Of a stretch of DNA of 64,000 nt, positions 51,621 through 64,000 are shown piece by piece. Position 1 is the stretch's first letter. Each line of letters starts with the position of its first letter. The notes beneath the pieces were generated by a model. The model saw nothing but the letters and a program-made list of their open reading frames with translations, was not told the origin of the DNA and did no database searches. A program made the translations under genes and the position numbers. The stretch comes from Malacoraja senta. Taxonomy: Eukaryota. Location: contig CM075982.1 in the NCBI GenBank assembly GCA_038087875.1, positions 15,562,001-15,626,000 on the forward strand, read 5' to 3'.

Positions 51621-52220
51621 AGAGAGCCAGAGACGGGCTATTCCAGTGAATCATTTAACTTTGCGCACCGGAGCTTTTGAAATGAACCTTCAGACAACTA
51701 AACTGTTTATGAATAAATAAAGATTACTGAATGCATCACTGAGTAATTTGTGTATACTTCAAACTGGTTGATTTGGGAGGGAAATAGATGTTGAAGGTAA
51801 GTTCTTGTTTAATTTGGTTGTTTGCTTGTCGAGATTGAAGTTATGTGGAAAGCTAATATCCCTGTGATATTTTAAATTGGACATTAGATACAAAATAGCT
51901 GACAAAACTTCCATAAATGGTCCCAGTGTAGCCGATCATTTTCTTCAACTGTAAGGGAAAGTATTGCAATTTGATTGCTGATAAAGAAGACTACTGGAAT
52001 TGGCTATGGTTAAATAGTCCATCATATTTGTTGCTAAGAAACATCAAATGATTAATATTTGGGTTCCTGCCCCTACTTTTGTCCTATTATCTGAAGTAGT
52101 TTCCTAAGTGTTGATGTCTTCTGAAGGATAACTTTTTTTTAAAACTACCTGCAGTCTCTGTTTGTATTCTGAAACTTGCCTAATTCTGCATGGACTTTCA
52201 TTTTTCAAAACATTTTTCAG

Positions 52221-52292
52221 GTACGTCAGTTGATCCAACTCCAATCAAAGCTGAAGCAGAAGATCCAGATTATTATCGATATACTAGTCAAG
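52221..52292 (+). CDS. GTF2I: GTF2I exon, copy 2 (72 bp; EDPDYY phosphotyrosine motif)
   Basis: ttcag|GTACG...CAAG|gtaatg; (S)TSVDPTPIKAEAEDPDYYRYTSQ vs human VTVKEESEDPDYYQYNIQ. Confidence 0.93.
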
Positions 52293-55200
52293 GTAATGTG
52301 GAAATCTTGCTCTAAAAAATGTTATTCTAAGCTTCTATTGTGGCATGAGACAAATATTCGACATGTTTAGATTAAATCAATTTCATTAAAACATGGTGAA
52401 TATATCAGTCATTTTGATTTTAAAAACTTGCAACTTTTATCATTTCTTTTCTACTTATGGGTCTTTACAAACTACGTTGTAAAGTAGTGTTCAAAAGTAT
52501 AAACAGTCCAGTTACAGGCATTGCCTCTTTATTGCATAAATTCATAGTATTCCAAATTCGCAAGAGGGTGGATGAGTAGGGGTAAAGCATGTAGAGAAAG
52601 GGAATTACAAAAGTAGAAAAAAATTGTGATGGTGCAGAATATTGTAGCATTATGGAAAAGAGATACACAAGCTGGTTCTCAACAGGTTGAAAAGATTACA
52701 GTAGATGCAGGTGATGAGCATAACGTTTGAGAGGAAACAGATTGCCATCGAGTAGAAGATAAAAGATTTACAGCCCGCTGGCTGAAGAAATTTCTTATTG
52801 GTTTTGATTTGCTTTGAGACTGATCCTTACTTTCCCTGGCTGAGTTGCTTAGAAGCAGCTTCTCTGTGTCTACTCTGCAAACCCTATAAGAAGTTACATT
52901 TTAATGAGACCATCTTTTATTCTAAACTCTAATTTGGGTCTAGTCTGCTTAATCTCGTATCAGACAAACTCATCGTTTTCCTAACAATCAGAATCTTGCA
53001 AGTACAGTAAATCTGATATTCTGGTGTACTCAAAACTTGGGGGTGCTGGACTACCAAATTTTCTAGATAATTGGATGTACCAAACAAGATGAAAGATGTT
53101 GATGCTCTGGTAACAAATCTACTCACGTTCCTGTCTCTTGGTACACACCCTGCCCTTAGTTTGGACGTGGCATACACTTTGACTCCTGGTGTCAGCTCCA
53201 GGTTAATAAACAAGCCCGATGTAGATTTATAGGGATTTCTGAAATATTGAATACAGTATTGGAGTTTTACTCTATACCTTTCTTTGCTAAGGATGGCGAG
53301 ATCTGTACACAGTATTCCAGTGTTCGTCTCATCAGAGCCATATATAATGTTGGTAGTACATCTTTACCTCTGGATGTAAACCCTTTTGTAATAAAGGCGA
53401 ACAAACTGTTTGGGTTCCTGGTTGTTGCCTGTACTTGCTTGTTAAGTGTTTTGTGTATGAAGATACCCAGTTCTTCTGCACATCAGCCTCTGTCAATCTC
53501 TCTCCACATAAGGTTATCTGCTTTTGTTTTCTCTTCTCTCCACCATTTGTCCACTGATTTGTTCCACTGATTTACATTTGTCCACATGATTGTTCATCTA
53601 TCTCGTCCTCGTCCATTCACTTAGCCTGCATATACCACCTGACGTATGTCTATCTTCCTTGAAACTGGCATTGAGCTTTGACTTCTCTGCAAACTTGTTC
53701 TGCTTACCTTTGGGCATCTAATTCAAATCACTGAAATAGATTGAACATCTGGGGCCTCAAGTTATAAACATGCAGCCACCAGATATCTGAAACCTCCACA
53801 AACTTAAAAAAAATAAATTTAAAAAAAATTCTGTCAGTAACCAGTCTTAATTCCCCAATCCCATATGCCAAATTTTGTTTGATGATGTGGCACTTTTTTG
53901 AGTTTAAATACACTTTCTCCAAATATCTATTCTGGTGTTTACAACTTCAAAAACAAAAGTCTAACATATTTGTCGTGAATTATTCCTCTGGTAGGATCAC
54001 GGTGACGCTGCCGAATTTTATTAATTTCTAAATACTCTTAATAATGTTTCTTTAAACCATTCTAGCCTTTTCCCTACATGACAAAGCCAATTTGTCTGTA
54101 CTTGTGATTTTTCTCTCTTGGTGGAGTTGCATTTGTTATTTTATAATCTGAGAATTTATCTACAAATAGTGGAGTTCTGGAAGAAGGCTCTCAATGCATT
54201 TACTATCTCTAGCCACTCTCAAAACCCATTAATGGGCTTCCAGTCCCATTCATTTCTCTTTTTTAAACTGTTGACTCGAGATTTAGTGTGCTCAATGTAT
54301 CTGGGATGTTTTTGTGTTCTTTATGATGAAATTTGTCATGAAATATAAAGTGGGTGAAAGAAGGGTACTCAATAATACCTTGGTAGTTTCAAGATGACAT
54401 ATTTTGCTTGTTTCACAACTTTGTATGCTTGACTTGCATTGAAGTCTTGTTGTTGCATCATTGAGGTTAATGTTACCAATATTCTTAGTAAGGGTTTTTT
54501 TGGGGGGAGGCTTTTTAGGCCTTTCCCCTCGGAAAAGAGAAATAATAAAATTCAAGGATTTCAAAATAACTCGATTCAACTCAACTGTAAAGGATGTATC
54601 GTTAAGTTTTGTATAAATTACAAAGTAGAAAATGGTTTGGACATCTTTTTCATCAAATGTCACTAACCTTTGGAACCAATTGATGTTTTTTTAATGGGTG
54701 AAAACTTGGTGTAGACTATCAAAGGAGTTGGCTGTGTTTCCAGTTATAGCTAACAGTTATGGTGAACAAAACCTGAGTGGAAAATTAAGACTGTTATCTA
54801 TTGTTACATGAACTTGATGGTAATTTGGTTTTGGGAAGGAATTCTCCACGTTTGCCAACTAAGTTGTGCTCTTAGCTGAGTATTCACTTCGCTTATGAGC
54901 ATCTAATTTTGCTTCCTTTGAGATTGCTGGTTCAGGGCAATAGGTTCATGATGCTCAATTGCACCATGACTACTTTTGAACAAGATTAATAGGGCTAGCC
55001 AACTATTTATTTTTGTTTGTGAGGTGGTTATGCACATTATATTGTTTTTAAATGCTTAATCATTGCCTATTGCAATTAAGCATTGGAGGTCCTACAATAG
55101 TGCTTTTCGTGTCAGGGCCTGGTGTGGCTACTTTATATGTCATGGGTACTACCAGAGGTTCCCAATCAAAGTCTTGAAAAGGTATTTGTTTTTCCCCCCC

Positions 55201-56439
55201 AAGATATTTTCTCATTGATTGTGCACAGTTTTCATGACTTATTTGATTGCATAGACTTCCCATACAAAATAATAGCAATATTTCATTGTCAAAGAAATTA
55301 CCTGGCACTGCTCTCCCATCTGTGTGGGAAGGGGAGAAATTGAATTGGTTTCATTGCATCATTATATTCTGCTTTAAGCAATGCTTAATGATCTTCGTTC
55401 TCTAGTAAGGTGAGGGGTTAATTGCTTTCCCTTTTAATGCATCAAAAGAAGTTTTGTTCTTGCAGTCGACATTTAATTCAGCATTTCAATTAGTTTCGGC
55501 ATTGTATCAATACTTTTGATGAGAGATGTTATCCCTGTCGATTTATATTTAATCCCAATGCTTCTGATTTAAAATGAATCTCTTTTGTTGAAATCCCTGC
55601 ATGGCTGCACTATCTCTGTAACCTCTGCAAATCCACTACCAGATCATATTCTCCACTGCTCCAGTGCTAGTCTTGCATCCATCAACCATTTTGACGTACC
55701 TGCTCCCTTATGCATTTATTTTTGTTGTAACATGTGCAGAGCAACTATTTAGTAGCTACGTGGAATTGTCATTTTCAATTATTTTAAATATGCTGTGCAT
55801 GTGCTCCATATGCCATTACAATTGAGCATATATGATTTGTTATTTTGAAATTCATGGCTTGCTTCATCACTGCTCATTTTATTAATAATGTGGTATAGCG
55901 AAAAAAGGCAGATGTTTTATGAAGTTGGCTGCCGGCAACTATGTTCTTTTTAATATAAATGAATTAGTCTTGCAGAAGCATCAAGAAAGTTCATCTAGCA
56001 GTGTGGTTTATAACCAGTGATATTAGAAGCAGAATATAGAACAGTGCAGCAGAGGAACAGGCCCTTCAGCGCACCATGATGACACAATTCAATCTGTCTG
56101 CACATGGTCTAAGGTTTAAATGCTGCTTAAACATTGCTTCTACATCTGCCTCTAACATCTCCCCTGGCAGATTGATCCAGGCACCAGCCACTCTGTGTTA
56201 AACATACACAAACTTTCCTTGTAAATTTCCTTTACTCTCCCCACCATCAAGTTATGACCTCTAATGTTTGACTATTCTATCCTAGTGGAAAGACTCTCTG
56301 TATTCTATCTATGCCTCTCAAATTGTATATGCCTCCCTCTAGATGCTCCTCAGTTTTTGGCACTTCAGAGAAAAAAAATCCATGTTTGTCCAGCCCAATA
56401 TTCCCAATACCCTCTAATTAAGGTAACATGTGTTTTAAA

Positions 56440-57390
56440 AGGTCATCAATAATGCTGGTGCCCAAAGAGTAAGGCGACATGTCTCAACGACTACTCACAG
56501 GTGGTACTAATATGCATGGTGATGAATTGTTTTGAGAGGGGTAATGACGCACATCAACTTATGACTTAGTAAGGATGTGGACCCATTAAATTTCACCTAC
56601 CACGATAGATCAATGGGGAAGTGATCTTGCTGGCTCTCCACGCTGCACTGAACCACTTAGACAATAAGAACATGTACGTCAGGCTGTTGTTTATCGACCA
56701 CAGTTCGGCATTCAACACCACCACCACCTCCAAACATGTCATCAAACTCTGAGAAATGGGTTATATAACCGCATCTTTGATTTTCTTTCTGGGTGTGAAT
56801 TTCTCTGAAAATCTGTTGTGGATGCAGCACATTGATGTAATCACAAGCAAAGCTCATCAATTCCTGTATTAAGATTGAGGAGATCTGGTATGTCGACCAA
56901 TAATATTGAACTTATACAATTGAACTTTTATAATGTACAGGCTGGAGAGCATATGACTGGTTGCATGTGTGCCCAGGAGCAATGTATGCCCACTCCATCA
57001 GACGCTGACTTCCCTGCCATCAAAGGGATCTATAGTTAGCGCTGCCTCAAAAACGCAAACAATTTCATCACATATCCACAATACCTGGCCACACTGTCAG
57101 TTCGTTCCTAGCTTTGGAACAAAGGTACAGAAGCGTGAAAACTCTGACCATTGGGTTCAATAGTTTCTTCCCAACAACCATTAAGCTCTTGAACACTGCA
57201 CTGCACCTCAACAAGTATGAACATCTGCGGACTGTCTTTGGTTGCACTGTGATTATTGGCACTAGTATGGTTATTAATTTAAAATGTTAAAATATTTTAT
57301 CTGTTGTAATGCATTTATGGGCCAGTTAAGCTACTGAATGTATGAATTTCATTGTTCCTTTGGCGGTACCTACATGTAACTCTTGACTTG
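56440..57390 (+). mobile_element. Very degenerate Rex1-like LINE fragment
   Basis: HLDNKNMYVRLLFIDHSSAFNT remnant at about 56654-56720. Confidence 0.6.
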
Positions 57391-58084
57391 ATTCATGAGA
57401 AATTAAATTGTGTTTGTGGTGTAAAATATGCAAAGGTATTGAGTGGCAGTATGGACATGAGAAAGGAATGGCAACATTTGTTCCTGTTATGTCCTGCTGG
57501 ATCTGCTGTGGTTGTGCTGTGGTATTGATTTTTTTAAAATTGTATTGTGCAGCATTTCCCTGTTTCTATTATTGAGTCACCAGATGCTGTGGTTCCTGCA
57601 GTGGAATTATTGAGCTGTTCCACTAACGTTTGCTTTATTTCACCATTGTCTCCAATGTAAAACCAAATAAATTAAGAATGAAGGTTGTTGACCAACAGAC
57701 GCTTGGATCTAATTTTGGGATGCACGAAGAGAAAGTTAACTAATGATTAAAGGAATCACAAAGAAATTTGCACTGCAGGACGATGCAAGTAACTTGATTC
57801 AATGCTGGTGGACACATGAAGGAGTGATGCCTAAAATATTATCTTTCTTCCAATTTAGTTATCTTCACTTGTTCAAAGATGTAACTGGAAGCCACATGAT
57901 GTAAAGGATGTAGGCTAGTACTGATCTTTTTAATACTAAAATTGTATAACACCAATTTGTAGATGATTGAGGAGAAATCTTTGTGGGGCATAATCCACAA
58001 TACATCAGTGGAACTACATATCTATTTTAAATGGTGTTGTATATTAAGGAGTACAAATATATTCAAAAGATCATTTGCCAACAG

Positions 58085-58150
58085 GAGAAGAGTTGCAGAA
58101 TGAAGACAATGTATCAAGTGATGAGACTGATGAGGAATATACACCTGATG
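58085..58150 (+). CDS. GTF2I: GTF2I exon, copy 2 (66 bp, acidic; positional equivalent of human exon 11)
   Basis: caacag|GAGAA...GATG|gtaaga; (G)EELQNEDNVSSDETDEEYTPD; open, phase 1-1. Confidence 0.75.
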
Positions 58151-59781
58151 GTAAGAAGTGGAGTAACTTCCCTTTATAATTGTAAGGCCTGAGAAAATGA
58201 AATGAGTCTGTTGTCTCAGCAGTAACAAAACATGAATGCAGAAGCGTTTGAAATGACGGTTTTTCATTTTTTTATCTTAGAAGTAGTATAAATTTCTAAC
58301 ACAATAAATTGTTCAGCAAATTGCTGGTCTACCAATTGGTAGACTGCAAATGATTGTAATTAGATATATGAAAAATAGAAAATTTAGTTTTGTGGGCCAC
58401 TTGGTTTCATTCATTGATTTTCAGACAAACATTGCAAATTATTTTTCTGCTGGTATCTTGATAAGATGGCATGGGTAAGAATGATGTTTTGTGCATGTGC
58501 AGCTAGAGTGAAATGTTGTTAAGAATATTCGAGAAATCTAAGATTTCTGGGCAAACATGTTTGTAACTGCTTCTGTCTTTAGCACTTGCATATTTTGTGC
58601 TACTCCAGAGGTCCTTTGACATAGAATTTGCTGTGATAAGATTAAAGCTCTTTCTCAGATTATTTGTCATTTCTCAGCTACTTTCCCCTTTGAGAAAACA
58701 AGTCGAGCAATAACTACAAATAAACTATTAGCATTTCAGGTCTGGGGCCCTTCAGAACTCAAAGGGTCCCAAACCTGTAATGTTAACTGGTTTTCTTTTC
58801 ACAGGTGCTGCCTGACCTAATGAGCTTTTCAATACTTTTCTGATATCTAGCATCTGCAGTTTTCAAATTTAATTTTCTTCTGTATAAAAATGTTGGAATT
58901 ACTTTCATTTCCTTTTTACATAATGGCTTTGAGCCCTCTACAAATGTAAAATGATTGCAGAAGCTGCCTTTGCATGTCCTAAAGCAGTTAATATGTTATG
59001 ATATATTCAACACATGTACCACTCATTGAAACACAGCTATTTTAAAACACGGTGTAGATGTGAGTGGTTGCTTTGCAATTCAACTCAAACTTAAAATGGG
59101 GGCAGTCAGTTGACATCTTTAAATTATTTTACGAACAATTTGAGATCAAATAATTGTTCATAATTGATATTAGCCATAGAAAATCATGACAGTTACTTAT
59201 TGATGCAGTGACATTTTTGAAGGATACCAGTCTATGGATAAACCACACAAATCAGTCTTTCCAAGCTTCTTTCAACATTAGTTTTGTTGAATTTTGAGTG
59301 TAGTTTTTAATAGTTAATTGAAGAGCAGAAAGAGAAGTCCTAATTATTTATTCCCATCATAATCTTGGCTATACTAATTTCCAGAGCAGCCATGATGTAC
59401 ACAAATTTGGGATGTTAGGAACAGTTGTTAAAACGTGTCACCTGGTGGAACCAGTTTCCTTTTTAATAGAGAGATTTGATCACCGAGTACTTTAATTGCC
59501 TCTTCAAAATGTAAAATTGTGTTTTCCATGAGACCAAATATATTTGTATTCTGATGCGTAATATTGCAAAATTTGCAATTAACACAACGAATTACAGTAG
59601 CCCTATTAATGGTGACTTTATTTGCGAAACAAGCTTTGCTCGATTATGACATCCTGTGGTCATATAAGGTACAATGCATTACATGATAGTTATGTGTTAA
59701 TTTGTAAAGCTTTTTCTTGTGTTGCTTTATTTAATTTTAGTTTTTCCTTAAATAGTAAACATTTTGTTTTGTATTCCTTAG

Positions 59782-59844
59782 ATTTGTCTCACCAAGATCA
59801 TTCTGAAACTAGTGAAGACCCAGAAGTCGAAGTAACTATTGAAG
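59782..59844 (+). CDS. GTF2I: GTF2I exon, copy 2 (duplicate of 1345-1407, GC donor)
   Basis: Same sequence as copy 1. Confidence 0.9.
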
Positions 59845-60852
59845 GCAAGCATTTAACTGATTCGGTAGTTGGCACAGAAATTACCATATAGTAGTTGAAT
59901 CTGAATAAATTGGTGTTCGGTTCTGTTCTATTACATTCCACAACAATTGTGAGTCTCTGAGGGAGGGAATGGTCAGGTGGGTGGTGAATTTGAATTTAAA
60001 AGTCATAGATGCAGCCGGTTGTGCTTTTCCTTTTTTTGTTCCTACATTCCTGATCTGCTCCTCTTTACCCTCAAATTTCGGCAAATTGCATTGAGGGTGT
60101 AAAATTATTTTATTTCATAATTCAAAATTGTACTTGAAAATCAAAATGTCCTTTAATTTAAGAGACTTTATTCTTCTGGCTGGTCAGCTTTGATTTCACC
60201 TGATGTCTGTAGAGCAGTACTTGATGAAAAAAGAAAATGTCTGGGAGCCGGCATGAAAGAAGTGCACGTGGAAGCTTTTAAACTATACTAGACCAATCTG
60301 ACTTGTGCCAAGATATCAGTTTTCTTTCAAATAAAATGGAATATTTCAATGCGTCTATGTTCTTGTAACAAACAGAAGAGCATAATGGAGAATGAAGAAA
60401 CGGTTGGTTATTGTAAAATAATTTATCTTGATAGATTGAGAAAAACGTGGGTGCGCTTTCTATGCAATCCTCGTTTGTTATTCATAATGGGGTATTGGTA
60501 TAGACATTGGAGTGTACCTTTGCTAAAAATGTTTCCAGCAATTTTTATTTTTTATTCATACATTACCAGCAGTTTTGTTTATTTTTCATTTATGTAAACA
60601 CTGCCTAGTTGAGTGCACATGCTAGATTCTATATATCCCACGATTCTGCTTACTTTTATTTAAGTCCTCATTCAGTGTGGCCATTTGGATACTTGGGATT
60701 CCAAATTTTTGTCATGAATGCATCAACAAGATTACAGTGAAACCAAAAGGCACTGTAGATCAGGTTATTTGGATAAGTATGAGAGGCCATTTATGGTTCA
60801 CAGTTTTATGAAAAGCATGGAAAAGTTATGAAACTGCATTTTCTATTTTTAG

Positions 60853-60951
60853 ATGATGAATATTTGCCACCGAATAAGCGACAAAAGTATACAGTACAGC
60901 TGACGGATGCCGGGGCCTCCGCGAAGCGGAAAAGTAGGGAATTCAATTTTG
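60853..60951 (+). CDS. GTF2I: GTF2I exon, copy 2 (duplicate of 2416-2514)
   Basis: Same sequence as copy 1. Confidence 0.93.
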
Positions 60952-61578
60952 GTGAGTTAAAGTACCATTTCAATTTCTTGAAGATTTGTTTCCATTGCTA
61001 GATAAACTGGACCAATCATCAGACTTGCTAGATGCTATGTATTCTATGTTTATGCGGAAATTACAATGGATATTTTAATAAATTTAATTGTAATTTTTGA
61101 TTTTTCATTCTTAATGGTCTTTAATTAAACAATACAAAATACTTTTTGTAAATTTAGTTTGTTTTGTATCATTCATTTTCTATGTTGTACATTATGTTAA
61201 ATTTGTTTTACTATAATGATTAGATTTTTCAATCCAGTAGGTGTGCAAGGAAAATTCATTTGTAAGATGGTTCATAAGTGACTTTTGTTCACAACATTCA
61301 ATTTGGCTGATTCAACAAAATAAATAAAGTACAGAACTTTGCTTTAACATCTCAACTGCAAATACTGCATAATTTAGACTTTTCATTATTAAACATTTGT
61401 GCTTGAAACAGACATTTGATTTATTTTGTCAGCGTCTTGAAATTCGTCTTGCATGTATTCTGTGTTTGCAGTAGGCAATATTTGATACACTCTGGTTTAA
61501 AGGTTTCTGCATTCATCACTACTTGGAGTCATTGCTGTGCACAAATTAATCAACGGGATTCACTGTATCTGGTATTAG

Positions 61579-61791
<213 letters not shown>

Positions 61792-63004
61792 TAATTATGG
61801 TTAATGTGAAGGCCAGCAAGTCGATTAGGGACGTGGGCAGAGGTGAGCGTGATTATGATACTGAGGGGGACAGTTATTAGACAATATAGGTGGCTATTAC
61901 TAACCCAAGCTGATTGCATGAGATGGGCTGTACATTATTGCAATGGTAAAGAGTATTCAATCTTGACTGATGATGGATTAAATTTATTGAACTGGTAATT
62001 GATGGTTGGAAATTTGTTGTATTTCATTCTACAATGTATTCAGTTACTCGGATTGGTTCTTAACTAGTTCCATTGAAGCCAAATGCTTCCATGAAGAATG
62101 GCACAATATAGCTATGATCAAAAGGTCCTCAGTGTGACATGGTAACGATGTTACCTGACTTGATGAGTGTTTCTGGCGCATTTTATTTCAATGGGACATT
62201 ATAGCCTTGGGTTTAATGCTGTTGAATTATTACATTCAGTTGGCGGTTTCAGTCTATGCAGTTTACATTTCTACCATGCATTTATGTTTTTACACCTTGC
62301 TGCTAACTTCAAATGTATTTGTCTGATTTACATCATCTCCAGACCCACTATTGTTAACCAAGTGTTTATCACACACGAATCCAGCTCCATCATCCTTGCT
62401 GTCATTTTTTTTTAATCCATCTCTTCCTCCACTTTCTTGAATAACATTTTTGGGGCCTTTTCCTCCTTCCCTGCCTATTCTTTCCCCAATATTGCATCTT
62501 AAAATGGGCTTTGCCCCAGAGTATTTCCCAGTTTTGATAAAGGTCACCAATCTGAAATGGTAATTTTAATTGTCTCCACTGAAACACCCTGATGACTCCC
62601 TCTGCATTTCTGACATTTTCTGTTTTAGACTTCAGCATCTACAGTATTTTCCTGTTCTTAGAACCTACCAGTTACAATCTGAAGAGTCTGATGGAGTGGG
62701 CTGTTTAACTTTAGAACAAGAGAGGTTATGGGAAGATTGACGAGGTGTTCAAATTATGAACATCATAAAGTATGTTAGGAGAACCTTTTCACTGACATGA
62801 GGATCAATAATTTGAGGACAAGGATTTAAGATTATTGATAGAAGAATTAAAGGAGGTAAATTTACTTTTCAAATGGATACCAGAAACAATTCAGCATTAA
62901 CTTTCAAAGAAGAATGGATAATGGGAATTGCAGGAGATAAGGAGTAATGAAATGGTTCTAAGATGAGCTGTTACCAGGGTGGGCCAAATATAGTTTAAAA
63001 AAAT

Positions 63005-63532
63005 GCAGTTTTGGTGTCCTAATTTGAGGAAGAACATTCTTGCTATTGAGGCAGTGCAGAGTAGGTTCACCAGGTTTATTCCCGAGATGGCGGGACTGAC
63101 ATATGAAAGAATGGATTGACTGGGCTTGTATTCACTGGAATTTAGAAGGATGAGAGGGAATCTTATAAAAACCTATAAAATTCTTAAAGGATTGGGCAGG
63201 CTAGATGCAGGAAAAATGTTCCCAATGTTGGGGAAGTCCAAAACATTTTAAGAATAAGGGGTTGGCCATTTCGGACTGCGATGAGGAAAAATATTTTCCA
63301 CCAGAGTTGTGAATGTGCGGAATTCCCTGCCACAGAAGGTAGTGGAGGCGAATATAAGGGATATATTCAAGAGATAGTCAGATATAGCTCTTGGGGCTAA
63401 TGGAATCAAGGGATATGGGGCGAAAGCAGGAACGGGGTAGTGATTCTGCATGATTAGCCATGATCGTATTGAATGGTGGTGCTGGCGAAGGGCTGAATGG
63501 CCTACATCTGCATCTGTTTTCTATGTTTCTAA
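63005..63532 (+). mobile_element. CR1 3' fragment (duplicate of 4568-5095)
   Basis: Same sequence as copy 1. Confidence 0.75.
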
Positions 63533-63983
63533 TAGCCCTTTGTGCTGTAAAATTTCTAATGGTATCTGGAACTGTCATCTTATTTATTATCCGGGTTCCT
63601 ATTTTTCCTACCTCTAAATATCAGCCTAATGTCTTTTGCGGGGTTATTAAAGAAAAATATACGTAAATTTCTTGGTTTGGATGCATCTTTGTTTTAGTTT
63701 GGTGATAATGCATTGTCTTATCAGTGAATTAAGCCAGCTTGCTTAGTCTGCAGAACTAGACTTCAAGGTTTGGTAGGATATCTCATGAAGCTTAAAAAAT
63801 CTGCTCTCCCACATTTTTCATTGCTCTATATTGAGAAATGTCATTCTGCAATTTGGTAATGTTCCTATTCAACCCTTTGCATTTAAGTATGTTCACTGCA
63901 AAGTGGAGTGTAAGTAATTTAGAACAGGTATTGTATGAAGCTACTATAATAGATCTAAATCTTAACATTGTGTAAAATTTTAG

Positions 63984-64000
63984 CTCGAGCCACTCTTGCT
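63984..64000 (+). CDS. GTF2I: GTF2I exon, copy 2 (start of the I-repeat 2 core exon, cut by the window edge)
   Basis: tttag|CTCGAGCCACTCTTGCT, same as 5547-5563. Confidence 0.9.

Noticed and set aside
53067-53109. ag...gt segment as a candidate exon
   Set aside because: Contains a stop in the required phase and shows no homology.
55116-55181. Possible equivalent of human alternative exon 10 ('exon A'): cag|GGCCTGGT...AAAAG|gtattt, 66 bp
   Set aside because: In-frame TGA at 55175-55177 and no convincing homology. No exon A equivalent could be supported between 52293 and 58084.

Overview
Vertebrate genomic DNA, probably a cartilaginous fish (skate or ray; inferred from the repeat families). 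The window holds the + strand gene GTF2I (TFII-I), for which I traced 21 exons by splice sites, phase and homology to human TFII-I as I recall it. The exon order is scrambled. Exons equivalent to human 12-22 (I-repeats 2-4) run from 1345 to 33729. A 200-N gap follows at 34857-35056, then exons equivalent to human 4-9 and 11-15 (I-repeat 1 onward). Bases 58438-64000 are a near-perfect copy of 1-5563, so this is either a false duplication in the assembly or a very recent intragenic tandem duplication that is phase-compatible. Two exons near the gap carry frameshifts in homopolymer runs. The introns are packed with nested transposons: hAT/Charlie, a family with 6-bp TSDs, Tigger containing a full-length L1, CR1, L2, Penelope, Rex1-like and Harbinger-like elements. 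The most novel-looking item is a degenerate DDE transposase gene (10765-13663) that I cannot assign to a family. It has an N-terminal SV40-type NLS and a C-terminus resembling a spindlin (Spin/Ssty) Tudor-like histone-reader domain. All protein homologies were judged by eye; no database searches were run.
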